64,000 nt of DNA from Balanoglossus misakiensis (lineage: Eukaryota; Animalia; Hemichordata), in contig CM082594.2 in NCBI GenBank assembly GCA_040954595.2, positions 3,271,319-3,335,318 of the forward strand, given 5' to 3'. The position numbers were made by a program, and so were the translations under genes. This document shows, piece by piece, positions 11,801 to 25,800 of this stretch (its first letter is position 1; every line of letters begins with the position of its first letter). The notes beneath the pieces are model-generated. The model had not been told where the DNA came from and did not search any database. It saw nothing but the letters and a program-made list of their open reading frames with translations.

Positions 11801-14800
11801 GTAAACCTGAAAGGTTGTCCCCGTCGCGTCGCATGATCTCAGTCACTTGGTGTAGGAGACCGCCAACAAGAGTGCATTCTTTCGATGTACATAAAAAATT
11901 AAGCAAAATTTAAGCAAATAGAAAATAAAAGAAATTCCAGGCTCATGTAAGATAACTTAGTGGCTGTATTCACGTTTTAGCGATTTATGAGAGATGTGGC
12001 CATTGGGCTCTGTTGGTTTCAGACCTACACGCGCACCTTAACAAAGTCAGCATTCAACGAAAATCTTCCCGCCATTTCTCTTCTGACAGGTTGTGTGGGC
12101 ATCAACATATGCTGTAGGTTGTGGCATCGCTCACTGCACTAGTGTGACGTCATCCGGGTTTACAAATGCGTTCATCGTCACGTGTAACTACGGACCTGCG
12201 TAAGTTCTAATCTCCTGGATAAAATTGCAATGGTGTCCCAGCTCTTGAACTAAATAGTCGTTACAAAATATGTCTTGAATCTGACTTTATCAATCATACC
12301 TGAATTTCTGAAAACATTTTTTTATACTTTACCTACTCTCACGTTTCGATTTTATTCGGAGATTGTGAACGTGGACAATGTCCCGAGATGACGTACATCT
12401 TCCGTCTCTATTTCTGGATATTCATAAAGTACTGTCACCCATCACACAAGTGCTGATCTGGTAGAACTTGTTTCGATCAATTTCAGTGGAAATTACCCGA
12501 CAAGGCCTTTCTCTAGTGGGTCGCCCTGCACGAACTGCGCATCAGGTATAGGACAGTGTTACGAGAACCAGTGCCGTAAGTGTGACCAATCAGCTGTCTC
12601 ATTTTAGAATTGAATTATGCGCTACGCTATTAAATGGAAAGGGGTCAGGCATGGGCCGCCATCTTGGCCAAAAACCTGGCCAGCAAATCATAATGAAACA
12701 AAGACCACGTGATCATAAACAAGATGGATGCCTCCAACGTCCGTACGCCAATGAGAGCCATGTTTACAAAAGCCCGTGCCTGACCATTTCCCTTTAGCGT
12801 ATCGCAGCCAGCGGTGGGAATGGGGCAGGGGACCAGACTATTTGCATTATCGTCTAAAGGCGCGATCATTCGTCTACAGTACTTCAAACTTTGTTGAATG
12901 CTGGTACAAGCACACACTGCAGACACAGTCGTAGTTATCGGGCGCAAGCGGGATATAACTCTACACCAGCATGACTGGTAGAACACTCCACTTATTATTT
13001 TCACAATCGTCAATGCCGAGGAATATGTTTTGCTTCAATATAGAGAAATACAATATGCTTAGGCCTAAATCCATGTCTGTAATTTTGCATTTTGCGCGTG
13101 CAGTCCACATTGGTTAATATCTGGTATAATTTTTTTATATAGAAATGATGTATTCTCACATAGCCACAAATGCCTGTTTTCGTTGAGAACAACATGGCAA
13201 AATCGCCGTTGTAATTTTCCCCCAATTTTACAGGACTGTGCTCGGAACACAGCGAGCCGTGTGGTGAGTATTCGAACTTTTATCTGAACACGTCGACAGT
13301 ATGGGTGTTTACTTGGTGGTGGATACTCTCCACCTTGAAGCCATCACGAAGTTTGCAATGCCCCGATTTTTTTTTATCATAGATTGAATCTGTCGTAGTT
13401 TTCTGTTAACTGTACCTGTCCTTCACTAATTGTATGCTTGAATATCATTAGAATGGCGCCACCGAAATTTACTTCAGGCAACGAGAAATTAACAGAGACA
13501 AATCAACTTTCAACAGTCATGATTGTGGAGCGTCTATGTCGACGTCAGAGGTCATGGGGCTCTTCCGGGAGAGAGCTGCGATTGATTTGATCAAACCTCA
13601 AACTGACCAATGTTCTGTTTTGCCCCGGTGTATTTAAGTATGCAACGCTGTGTGTCAGAACTGTGGAACAAAAACAAGCGATTGTACGTGTACATGCCAG
13701 GATGGATGGCACGGCAGCGACTGCGCCAGTAAGTGTCTAAATGCATAATACATTGTACCTCGGAATAGATGAATTCCCGCTCATTGCGAGATCACGCGAC
13801 ACTTGGTTAATTACCGTTGCAACGTGTTGCTATAGCCAGGTAATGCACGCATTGTATGAAACTATACTAGAATAGGCGCAGAGTTAACAATAAAAATCGT
13901 GCAGGTTTACACAGTGGGCAATGTGTTCAAGCTGTTCCTGTGTCACATGACAATGTCCTCCCATATAAACTGCCTAGCCACGCGAGATCTCGCATGATCT
14001 CACAGAGTTCGGAACAATTGTCTATTCCTGTCCGGTCTATCAATGGTTCCTTTGTTTTAGTAGTCTTCATTTGTACTTTGTCATCATTCTGTAAATCTGA
14101 AACCCAGTTGCGTGTACAATCATCCGATAAAAACAGCGACACGAGTCATTTTTTATTAAAACTGAAAAGTCGTCATCATCAATATTGACTTGAATACATT
14201 ACAATTAAACAATCATGCGTCATATAGGCTTATACATGGAGCTCCAACATGACTGAAAATCTTCTTTGCTTCTCTCCGTAGCCGCGTGTGAAAACACACA
14301 CCGTTATTGCGGAGCAAACCCTGGCTGGTACGATGCGTCCACGTGTTCTTTTGCAGACTATGTCCCTGGGTACTGCCCTCTCATGTGCGGCATTTGCAGT
14401 GAGTAATGACGTCATTCTCGAGCAATTTCTGAGAACATTTCTCTACTGTTTTGAATAATTATCGCATCCAAAGTTCTGAGGCTACGGTACACGTAAGTTT
14501 CAATTTGCACAGAAATAACTCGTGCCTTACTCTTACACTGCCTTGGCGCGGAAATGAAATCTCGTTTCGGAAATGAACCAAATGTTTCATTGTTGTAAAT
14601 TCATTGTTTCAGATTTGACATTCAAAATGGCTGGCGTCTCTGTGTCAACACTGTGGAGAAAAAGCAAAGTATTGATTTTTACGACATCGCTATACCTCAC
14701 TCACTTTTGTATATGAACAATTAGAATGGTTTGGAGAACTATCATTTTCTTTCCGACCCCGAGGCGCATAGGCTTGTACTACCTTAATAGTGCCAGATAT

Positions 14801-17660
14801 ACTTATATCTTCAGTAATTTCACCATAGACCATGGCTGACAGTGCCCTTTCCCCGTTATTGTTTCAGATGCGGCTGATCCATCTTTTGTGTGTGGTAAGT
14901 ATTAAATTCACACTTCAAATTCCTGTTGGAGTCAACAAGAGATCGCATTAAAATTAAAACGAAATCCTGATTTTAGAATTAGGACCGACCCTTACTATCG
15001 CAAAATGAAAGACGATTGACTAACGGTATGAATTAGCTTGGGGAGTTTACGGGTTTTGATGTTGAGAAACATCCGACTTCCTTTACAATTATGATCTGCA
15101 GAGGAGTCAAGTGACGCGCCAACCGAGCCACCGAATAACGCGCCAACGCGCTCACCAACCGACGCAACTACAGAAGAAAGCAGCAACTCCTGCAGTGAAT
15201 ATCTGACTTGTCAAAATGGCGGAACATTTTTTACACAAACCTGTGAATGCGTATGCACCGATGAGTATGAAGGAAGCACCTGTCAGCGTATGTATTACTC
15301 GATAAATCGTGTCAAATCATTTTAGAAAAGCATTCGTTACCTTGTAGTCATAAAAAAACAATACATCGATTTCTTAATATAGAGATGACAACATTGGCGG
15401 CCATTTTGATTTTCAAAAAGGGCTATGGTGTGGCATTAGTTACCGATCAACTGATGATCTGCCAAAATCTTGACAAACTCTCAACAAAGGGAATGTTTTG
15501 TATAGCATAAATGCGAAGTACTTTCAACATTCCTCCGAATGTTAAGACGGCTCCCAAACGTTACCTTGCTTTCAATTTTATTTCCCAGACTGTCCACAGA
15601 AACTAAGTGTCGAAAACATCATTTTTTTTTCTCATACAATGTATTACATCTCCCTTTCAGATTCGAAAGAGCAAGCTACGTATGGTGTACGGGTACTAAT
15701 ATACGGAGATATTGAGCGAGTAAGTTCTCATCGGCTTATCTCGTCGTACGTAGCTTATCGTCTGCTCGGATTAAAATAGAATTTACAATACTAGTATACT
15801 ACACATTATTGTCTAAACATAATTAAAACAGATTCGTTTTGTATCGACTACAACTTGTATTTACAATGTGTAATATTGCCCGTAATACAGATTATAAAAT
15901 ATTGATTTAGATAAAATGCCATACGTTAAGATAAACACCAAAAATAAAATCAAGTGTATCCACACATAAATGAAAACAATTAAACTCAGGCTTTTGAATT
16001 ATATAAATGTATCAAAAACAAGAGGATTCATTCATTCTTCAATACGCTTTACATTGTATAGATTTATTACACATGTATTTATTCTGTTAAAGCTAAGAAC
16101 CAACCCGGTCTTGCATCTCTCATTTCTGTCATCAGTTTCCGAGTATTGAAAGCATTTTGCATGAGATCATAGCGTATATCCTGAATAGATACTGTAACAT
16201 CTACTTCAGCGACTGCTGTCCTGGCGGAGGAAGTAAAACATCGTGAGTTCAACTACAACAATCATAGAATTATCTCATCGTATCGTATCTCATATTACAT
16301 TAATATCATCAAATCTTATATAGCCATATCAATACCAGTAGAATAAGTCGACGATCAAGCAATTTAAAGCCCCTATAGCTGCCAAATTTTACATATTTTT
16401 TCCACAGTAAAATAGTAGCAAGCCTCGCATTTTAACATGCACTTATTCTGCTGGCAAACAGTTATATAGCTCTCTGAATGTTACAAAGTGTGATAACACT
16501 GAGACTATAGCTAGCGTGTCGACATTTTGCGATAATTAAAACGGTTCTTTTTACTGTCCATTTTCCTACAGGGAAGGTTCCTTGACGTTTGTGGTGCCGT
16601 CGGATATTGAAACGGCGGATGGATACCCAGTTGCCGACAGTGGAAGCTACTGGGTCATGATATACGTACGCCCTCAACGAGACAATGCGCTATGTGCGGA
16701 CGGCTCCGAGAGCAGGCGACGGCGGGCCGTACAGAGGTTGTTTAAGAGAAGTGCGTCCGGTAGGTACACGACAAAGGGAAGCAACAGAATAGTACATAGA
16801 CTAACGATAGACACATTAAGTGTTTTAGTCGCTCATGTTCTCTACTTGCCCCCCCCCCCCCCCACCCCACTGGAATCGGAATCACATCTTATAACAAACT
16901 TTTCCAACCAAGACGCACAAGCAGGGTAGCTTTCTCAAAACTAACACGGCATGCACACTATTATTTTTGCAGTCATACGAGTAATAATACACAACACATT
17001 ATCCTTCTCAGACTATTTGGACCAGGACACACTGCTCTCGGTAATAGAAGAAAACGTGGACGAATTGGAGTCATCTCTCAACGTTACTGTCGGATCAGTC
17101 GTGGCCGGTGGGTTTGAGGAAGAAAGCGCCAACAACGGTGACGGAGGTATTCCCGGGTGGGCGCTGGCTCTCGTTGTCGTCTTCACTCTTTTGGTCGTTG
17201 CAACAGCTATCCTTGTCGGCGGCTATTTCCTGCTCAAAAAGTGAGTACCTTTATGACGAAGGACAATCTCTCTTGTTACAGGATGTGATCACCTGTCGCA
17301 TCATAGACCCTAGAGAAACTCTAGGGTCTATGGTCGCATACTGTGTGTCGAACTCTTTGCATAAAAACAAAAACATCACCAGTTATGCCACCGAGGGCGC
17401 GCACCCTGAACTAACTTCCAAACACGAGATACTGATATTTCCTGCTGCCGTGACCAGCATTTATAATTCATGCCCCTTTTTATCGCAGAACCAAGCCAGA
17501 GTTTATAAATGAATTGACCGTTTTCAAGGGGACTAAAGGATCATCTAAGATCGGAATAATGGATGACGACGGCAACGCAAATGCTGAAACTTCAAAAGAA
17601 ACCTCTCACACCAACAGCCGCACATCACTAAAGAGAAACAAAATTGCCCCAAAACAGTGA
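8842..17660 (+). CDS. CAP/SCP-domain protein B: type I membrane protein, SP-pro-CAP-EGF-ShKT-PT linker-EGF-juxtamembrane domain-TM-cytoplasmic tail
   Basis: Exons 8842-9099, 11429-11671, 12090-12199, 12487-12575, 13234-13263, 13639-13728, 14282-14398, 14868-14894, 15102-15287, 15661-15719, 16136-16242, 16572-16759, 17012-17240, 17489-17660, phase-consistent. CAP motifs as in gene A. EGF CQNCG..CTCTCQDGWHGSDC. ShKT-like CENTHRYC...C....VPGYCPLMCGIC. EGF CQNGG..CECVCTDEYEGSTC. TM WALALVVVFTLLVVATAILVGGYFLL. Confidence 0.82.
9487..9601. repeat. Degenerate copy of the hairpin MITE at 50554-50699
   Basis: Shares TGATTAAAATCAGA.GTA and AAGTAAAAGAC...CCCTACA with that element. Confidence 0.55.
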
Positions 17661-20600
17661 GTGAAAACCAGACAGGTAAATGAACTATACTATAACAGAT
17701 TGAGTCACAAAGCCTTTCAAAGAACATATCTATTCATTGTTATGAATGAAATAATCTGGGGTAGCTTTTATGATACTTGATATGAGACATGTTTACCGGG
17801 ACTTGATTAAATTTGTAATTTCACCTCCGGCCTCTCTTATAGAATCGTTAAAAGGCATAACGCCGATTTTTTTTCTCAATCTCAACATCAGATCTTTATA
17901 GCCTGAACACAAAGAAGAATTGAATTTAGGTATGATAACAATCATTGATACAAGACATGCGTAGGTCCTCGACTTTTTTTATGTACCCCTCACTAATTTT
18001 ATAAAATTTCTTAAACCACCATTGCAGCGCTACTACAGACTTCACAGCAACCTATACCACCATCGCCACGCCAAAGCTGCCGTCATGACGACCAGAATTT
18101 AACACGTTTGGTTTTAGTTGGCTGATCGTTTGTCTCCACCGCCGTCACAGCCTGCTCTTCTGTCGGAAAAGGTGAACAACGCACCTGCAAAAGGTCACGA
18201 TGCTTTGGTGAAAAATAGAATCAAATGTTCAAATAATACCTTTTTTTAGCAAATCTATTGATAAACATACAAGCATTGTAAATATTGTACATAGTAATTT
18301 AGTGATATAGCTTTCATTTTTGTAAACAGGCCAACTGTTACATAAAAAATAAGTACATAATTAACACAATATCATCACAACAATAAAATCATAAATATGC
18401 AAATTTGTAGTCTATTGTTTAAAAACTGTACGTTTTGTCTAAATACATTTTAAAAGATGAGAAAAAATATTTCTGACAAGTTTCATCGGATTTCGTTCAG
18501 GACCTCTGGATTTATATAGCTACTTGTACAGATTCCTTAAATATGAAAAATTATTAACGCTGTTAATTGTTTCATACTGACACGGTCAGGTGTAAATGTT
18601 GAATGTTTAATTCATTTATGAAAGGATTTCACTTGTAATATATATGTAACCAAAAAGGCTTGGTTTTTGACCCGAAAATAAAACAAAGACGATTCAACTG
18701 TGTGTTTTTATATAATGTTGAGTGATTTTTGTATAGGACACCAGGAACTCAGACTAATAATCTGCAGACTGTAAATCTGGCGAGCTGTGCTGTCACGCAA
18801 GTACGGTCACACTGAGGTTATGCAGGCCGACAGGTCGAAGCCCTTGTTCGGCAACTTATATAACGTCATCAGACTAGTCTGAAACCACACATTGTGTTCC
18901 CGTCGTTGTTCTTCCAATTCACGAACTCTGTAAATCCCACTTACCCAGATCTACAGCGGTTCTAGTCTGAGATCATTGAGAAAGATACAATACATACATG
19001 TATCCATATATTGAGTCGAGAGTTCTCAACTGTCTACGTGTGTGAATTACTGCAGACAACATAGACCGTTATTAGACCGACGGAAACGGCAGACCTGTGG
19101 GGTCTTTGAATTATTAATTATAATTTGCATTTTGGTATACATGCATGGCAGTCAACTTCAGGTGCAGACTGTAGCGTTAAACTGTAGTGTGTGTATGTTG
19201 ACCGGTGGATGTGTTTCTGTATGAGTATGGCTGTATTTGGCAAATTGGAAAGCTTGTAAAACTGTGGATGTTTGTATGCACACTCACACATTGTATTTTA
19301 TACAAGAAACAGATGCAATTTGACACAGCTGGTCCCACCCACAGACGCCTCCGAATGATGATATGGAGAAAGGCCTTAATATAGTATATTACAATGGCCG
19401 TTCTCCATGCCATCATTCAGAGGTACCTGTATAGTCCCACCATACAAAGCTACCTATATCATTGACAACAACGCGAAATGCATGGTGGCTATCAACATTG
19501 AAATTCACTGTAAATAGAAATTATGGCTAGGCTACAAAACGTGGGCCGTAATCTTATTTGTTATGCAGATCAACGTACATATTACCTTTCCAGTTAATAT
19601 AAATCGGTTCCTGCTGTTTCGGGCCCCTTTAAAAACGGATTTGAAGAAAAACCATATGTTGGCAAAGTATGCAAGGCTTGGTTCGTTCAGATAAGCTTTC
19701 TGCGCAGTAAGAGGCGCCGCTGTCTTGCGGTCGTAGTTTCAGAGAAGGCCGTGACCTTTCTGCGTGGCCATAGAGAGTTGTTTTCAAATAAAACGCAATA
19801 CGTGTACACGATTGTATATGTGGGGCGAAACCTTGATCAGCCGAATAACAAGTCAAACAAAATAATCGGCAAACAGATCAGTATATATTTCCCATTTTTC
19901 TCTGCACAGAGACGTCATCAGTTCAGTGAACCCTAGGGATGTGTATATCTACATAGCGATTGTGTTGAAAACTGTCAACAAGCACAAATTCAATTTAGCG
20001 AAACTTCTTTGAATAAATTGATACTGTACATGAAAATGTTCATGTATTACGTTTACTGCTTCAGACATATTCCTTGAGGGACAAACTAAAACACTGCATG
20101 CGAGATTTCTGTTGTGTTAAATTGACTCATGTATATAGATTTACTCTTACTCTTGTTTGATTATACGCCTTCCTTGTAGCGAAATAATAACGTCATAATT
20201 ATTATACCAAACACGTATAGCGTGCGACTATTGACATGTCGCTGCAAAGTCTGTGATGCAATGAAATTATCAACAATTTTGCTAACATCCTTTATAAGCT
20301 TAAGTGTCGCACTGGCCAAAGACAATCAATTGCCTTGTAATGGTATCCGGTTAAGAACAATAACACTATCAAACAATTAAGGCATTACTTGGCCGTTCAG
20401 ATATGTTAATATACGAATTAAGGAGTCGTGGTGCATTGTTTTCGTCGTCTCACTGTCACGCCCATGCACCATAATAGTTATTTTTCGATCGCGAAGGCAA
20501 CCGCCACTGCACATAAACATTAGTTTACGACAGTGCACTGGGCGGGGTCAACGGCACGTGACAGGGAATCATGGTGGTAGCACTTTCGGTCAAATGGCTG

Positions 20601-20671
20601 CCGTAACAATCGCAGGAAGTTAGGGAACTTGGTCTACAGATCGCACGTACTAAATATAGGCTAGTAGATCA

Positions 20672-20694
20672 GGTGATTGGCCGCACTATATATA
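20672..20694 (+). promoter_or_regulatory. Putative arginase core promoter (reverse CCAAT plus TATA-like box)
   Basis: GATTGG followed by CTATATATA about 100 bp upstream of the ATG at 20792. Confidence 0.4.
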
Positions 20695-20791
20695 CCACCC
20701 CGTACTTTGGAATCAACCCGATGAACTGGTAGAATCTAGCTGGGCCTGGCTGGTTCATTCGTGCAGACATTCTTTGACGCAGACACACACG

Positions 20792-22818
20792 ATGGCAGAC
20801 GCTACGAATGGTGGTTCACAGGAGTCAAAGTTCCGTGACGTTGGAATCTTGGGTCTCCCTTTCCACAAAGGACAGGTAATTTGTTATTTCAATATTTCAA
20901 TAGACTCATAAATGTCACAGCAAATCTGTGTGTGAGATCTTTTGACAGGTGGGCGCCGGGAGCCAGCGAGTGCATTGAAATAGACAACGCCGGTGTATTC
21001 TATCTCTCTCATATTTGTGTTGATGATATTATTCAGAGTAAAAACTTTCCGAAGATCTCCGCTGAAATTAACGATTATCTAATCGTGAGGCGAGACTGGT
21101 TCATGGTTTGGAACAGTTATACAGATAGGTCTGGTAAAGGAAATGGCGCAGTAATTCCAGTTTGTCAAGTAGTGTCGGTTAAAAAGTAAACAATTTGCGA
21201 TTCAGTGACACCAAGGTCATAGTCGAGGAAGGGCCGATTGTATATCGTTCACATCACGGGAGTCAGGTGGCCGTTAGTAGTTGGATTTCCACAGAAACCT
21301 GGATTTTATCTTATCATTATTTCACGACCGTCCGAAGAAGCATAATGACATGACATGTGGAGGATAGATTTGTAGATTTGATCGATTCGTAATTGTTCAT
21401 TCATCTGAAAAAAAGTGTCGTTTGAAGTTTAAATTAAGGTGAATTATGCTTTGCTAGACTGAGATATATATCTGAATTGCAACTACTTGGCCAGAAAATA
21501 AATTTGCGGTGCACAGCAAGCTCAAATTAATGTTTTTTTTTTTATTTAGTCAGCTATTCGAAATATGTACCTGCAGGTACTTTGCACTAAAGTCTTAAAA
21601 GCTCTGCCTAGCATAAATGCTGTACAGTGACATATTAGTTGCAGTTCACTGCACCGTACTGTAGTGTGTTGTGATGCATGGCAATGCTTGGCATTGTAGT
21701 GTAATGTATTGTATTGGGACAAGTTGCGTAGAATTATATTCTGGCAAAAGGACGTACAGGCAATGAACTTAACGAGTAAATACAGAATGGTTTTGGACAA
21801 AGCACCATCCCACACCCATGACAATACAATGATCGTCAGCAACGCATCTTCGCCCGCCAAGGTCTTGCTCTGTGGTCGAGCCAGCGACCCGTGCGAGCGG
21901 ACGATGTTGGCAACGATGAAAGCTGTGTCGCCCTTGTGCAAAGAGCAATGGCCTCGCGAATTGAGGACTTGAGGCTTTGTCTCAGGAATCCACCACTGCG
22001 TCTCTGAAGTATTATTTAGCTCAGCCTAAAGTCTGTATTGTTGTCGCAGCTGTGAGAAAATATCAAACAAATGTAACCTGTTCGCTTGGATTAATATATG
22101 GTAGGTATATCGATATCGTACATCCTGAAATCCATTTCCCGTTTATTTTTTGTTAAACAATGCAGAGTTCCATGTATAAAGTGACTGCGTGGATCAGATG
22201 GTATCGACTGCTTCCTTCAATTGTTTGTCGATAGTTTCAAGGGAATATTGAATCCCCCCCCCCAAATTGGAATACATTTGTATTGTTATCCTGGCATCTT
22301 ATGCCTTAAGCCTATATAGAGTTAAATCTAGCCCGATGAACGAATGAGAAAGAGGTCATTAGGGCAAGACCCCGGGCAAGCCCTGGCGCGAATCTCACTT
22401 TAGACGCATTATGCGTCCCTGCCATTCACACATTTTATTGCCCCGGGCCTTGCTTGTCTGTTGGTACACATGTATGGGGTGTTCTGACGTCACGCTGTAA
22501 TTGAAGATTTATTTCAACAGACAACACAATGGTATTCTAAAAATACCAAGGCCCTGCTGGCTTTTGTCATAAATTGTTATATGCTGCGAGGTTCGTGGGA
22601 AATTGGCCTAACCAAATGGAAAGCTCTTGATGGGACTTGTACTCCTGTGACAATTTTGGTGCGATGAGTGATTGTTTGTTTTGCTTCTTAAAATCATGGA
22701 TTTGGGAATTAAAGTTTCCTCGGGCATAGCGCAATTCAGTGTTTACTCGCTCACTCACTCACTCGTTCCTTCTCTCGCTCCGAGCTTCCTTCCTTCTTTC
22801 TGTCTTCTTTCTTTCTTG

Positions 22819-22865
<47 letters not shown>

Positions 22866-25800
22866 TCCTTCCTTCGTTCATTCATTCACTCATTCTTTCA
22901 TTTATTTATTCGTCCAAATATACATTCATACACCTATTATCTTCCACGTTTAGGAATACGTTGAGAATTAAAACAAGTTATACAATATTAATTGCCATTT
23001 TTCACGTGACGGAATTTTGCATATACGTGTCAATCATTCAAATAAAATTCAGAGTTCACATATAATTGCACGGCCACTGTGCTTGATTTCGAGATAAGCT
23101 ACACAAAATATGTTTTGCCGTTAAAACACTGATGAAAAGAATGCTTATTAAGCATTTTTTCGTTGTTGGCTAAATTCATGACCTCGTAAATTAGCACGGC
23201 GACCCTTATACCTGTATTTAAGCTCAGCTATTGTTTGGCAGGGGGAACTTGTTGAAGAAAACTGTTTTCACACAAACAAATCCACGAATTATCTGTGTGA
23301 GATCCACAATCACCCCGCCTACCTATAAGATACCTGAAGTGCGTTGAATTTATAACAAATGTAGGTCACAGTCTCGGGGTCATAGTCCAGCCTGGTCCCA
23401 ATCTTATCTGTGGCGCCAAACACAACTACTGTACACATGTACTTGATAAATATATCTTCGTTTGAAGTACCAATGTATCATTTTGTCACTCAGTGATACG
23501 ATACCAGGCTGTGCCAGAGTTCCACAGGACGGTGTGAACATTATAACCTTAAAATACATATCATTTTAAAAGAAATATAGGGCCTACAAGTCATCAGGGT
23601 GTTGGGTAACACCAAACGACTCAGTGCCGTCAATGACTACAAACCGTAAAATGTAGAAAATTACATTTCAAGTCATTATCACTAATGGTTTCAAAATACT
23701 TCTAAATTGTGCTCGCTAAAATGGACCGACTGCATGGGTGTGCCCTGACCGTACATATCCATCTGTACCGACGAGCGAACAATGCCATTTACACCACACG
23801 ACAACAGAGTGCAACCATGGGGAAAGTCTGATATTTTCTCAATTCAAGACGACTTCGTGTCATGATCAGCGAAATCTAAAATAGCCCTAACCTTTCGCAT
23901 ATTATTGAATTTGTAATAAATTTTAATACCATTAATCAAATTGTTCACTTACGAAATGACTGAACCACTATCATCCAAAAGGCTGCAGGGCAAAAAGATT
24001 ACGCCGATATCTTCCACTTTTATCGCGATTACTTCACAAACTCATTATACACAAAACAAATCTTTACGCTAATCTGGGGTTTTCGATGTTTTGACTTGTA
24101 CAAATCGCTTTATGGTGCTTTTGAAGAGAATTCTGAGATAACTGAAGTACATCACATTGTTAATCATAGTTTACATTGGCTAGATATCAAAACCCAGAAC
24201 GATCATAAAACATACGTCAGCTCCGTTGAATGTGTGTGTATGTGTATGTCTCTCTGTCTCTTTCCGTGTCTGTCTGTGTGTGTGCGCTGTTGGAGAGGTT
24301 TTGTTTACGTGTTGGGAGAGGCACGAAGAAACCAATGTGCGACACGTGCTTCTGGCAATCAGACGACGACTCTCTGTATGTCTGGCTGTCTGTCTTTTTG
24401 CAAGTCTTCTCACTCTGTCTGTCTGGCAGGTTGGCTGTCCGACTGACCGGTCTATGTTGTCTGCTTTGTAGTTTGAATACCAAGAACGTGGTCATTCATT
24501 GGCGTGTAATACAACAAAAATGTTTACCTTTTGGCGTTCATCTATTTTCAATGTCTCTTTCAGTCTAAACCAGGAGTGGCGGGTGGTCCTCAAGAAATAA
24601 GACAAGCAGATTTGCTCAAAAAGATTGAAGGCCTTGGTAAGTGCCAAGTCAACATGGCTGTGAAAATATCCTGCTGAAAAATTAGTCAACATATTGCGTA
24701 CATGAATAGCCCTAAGCTTAGCTGTCGTTGTTGATTTTATGTGTGTATGGTTTCATCCTGCAGATAGAAACGTGAAAGATTACGGAGATTTAACATTTGA
24801 CGAAATCGCAGAGGACCCTCCATTCACCGGGGCAAAAAATCCCCGATCTGTGGGTGCTGCAAACAAACAGGTACAATGTATAGATAAAGTAATTGCAAAC
24901 TCTTTAGTCCTTCTCAAATTTAAACCTGTCGTGTATCCTATCTTTTCCCAATGCCCAGGAAACTGTATCGCGATTCACAAGATTTGTTGTCGTGGCTATG
25001 AAATGTATTTGTGCTTGCTTATCTGATATGCCTTCAAGCAAACTACAGAAGTTATTAAAGTGTTGCGGTATTTTTCAGGCTGAGGATAGTTGAACACTTA
25101 TGATTACCTCAAATTGCAAGATACTGCTCATCTGTGTAGTGTTTTGCATCGATTTTACAAGAGCATTTCTAATTAGCATTTACGTGAAATGTTGATAATT
25201 GGGGGAAATGGAAAAGTATCACGGGAAACTTGAGGGATTAACATGGTTAATCAAGTATTCAATCAATCAGTAGAATTTTTGTGTGGGAACATTTGTCTCC
25301 ACATTTCCTTTTGATATAATTTTGAAAATGTCGCAATATGTCGTGGGAAAGGAGTAAACGACAGGTGGACGGTATATTTAGGGCGTTTTGTCTGATCATA
25401 CCATACGTTCAAACAAGAACCGTGCCTTTGCATTGTCTTTACGTGCGAAGTCCACGAGGCGTGGGATTGCCATTTATCTCTCATTTCATTCGCACGTGAA
25501 CATCTTTTTCCATTGTTTGAAACCTTTGGCACTGAAGTTCATCCCGTTTTATTTGTTCATGCCTTCACTGTCAACAGATATCATCAGAAGTCTGTCAGAT
25601 TATCAAGGATGGCCGAACTTGTATCAGCCTTGGCGGCGACCATTCCGTTTCCATAGGAACGATTCACGGGCACTTGGCAGCACAGCCTAACACTTGTGTT
25701 TTGTGGATAGACGCCCACACCGACATCAACACTCCAAAGACGTCATCGTCTGGAAATATCCACGGCATGCCTCTGTCCTTCCTACTGCATGAACTGAAAG

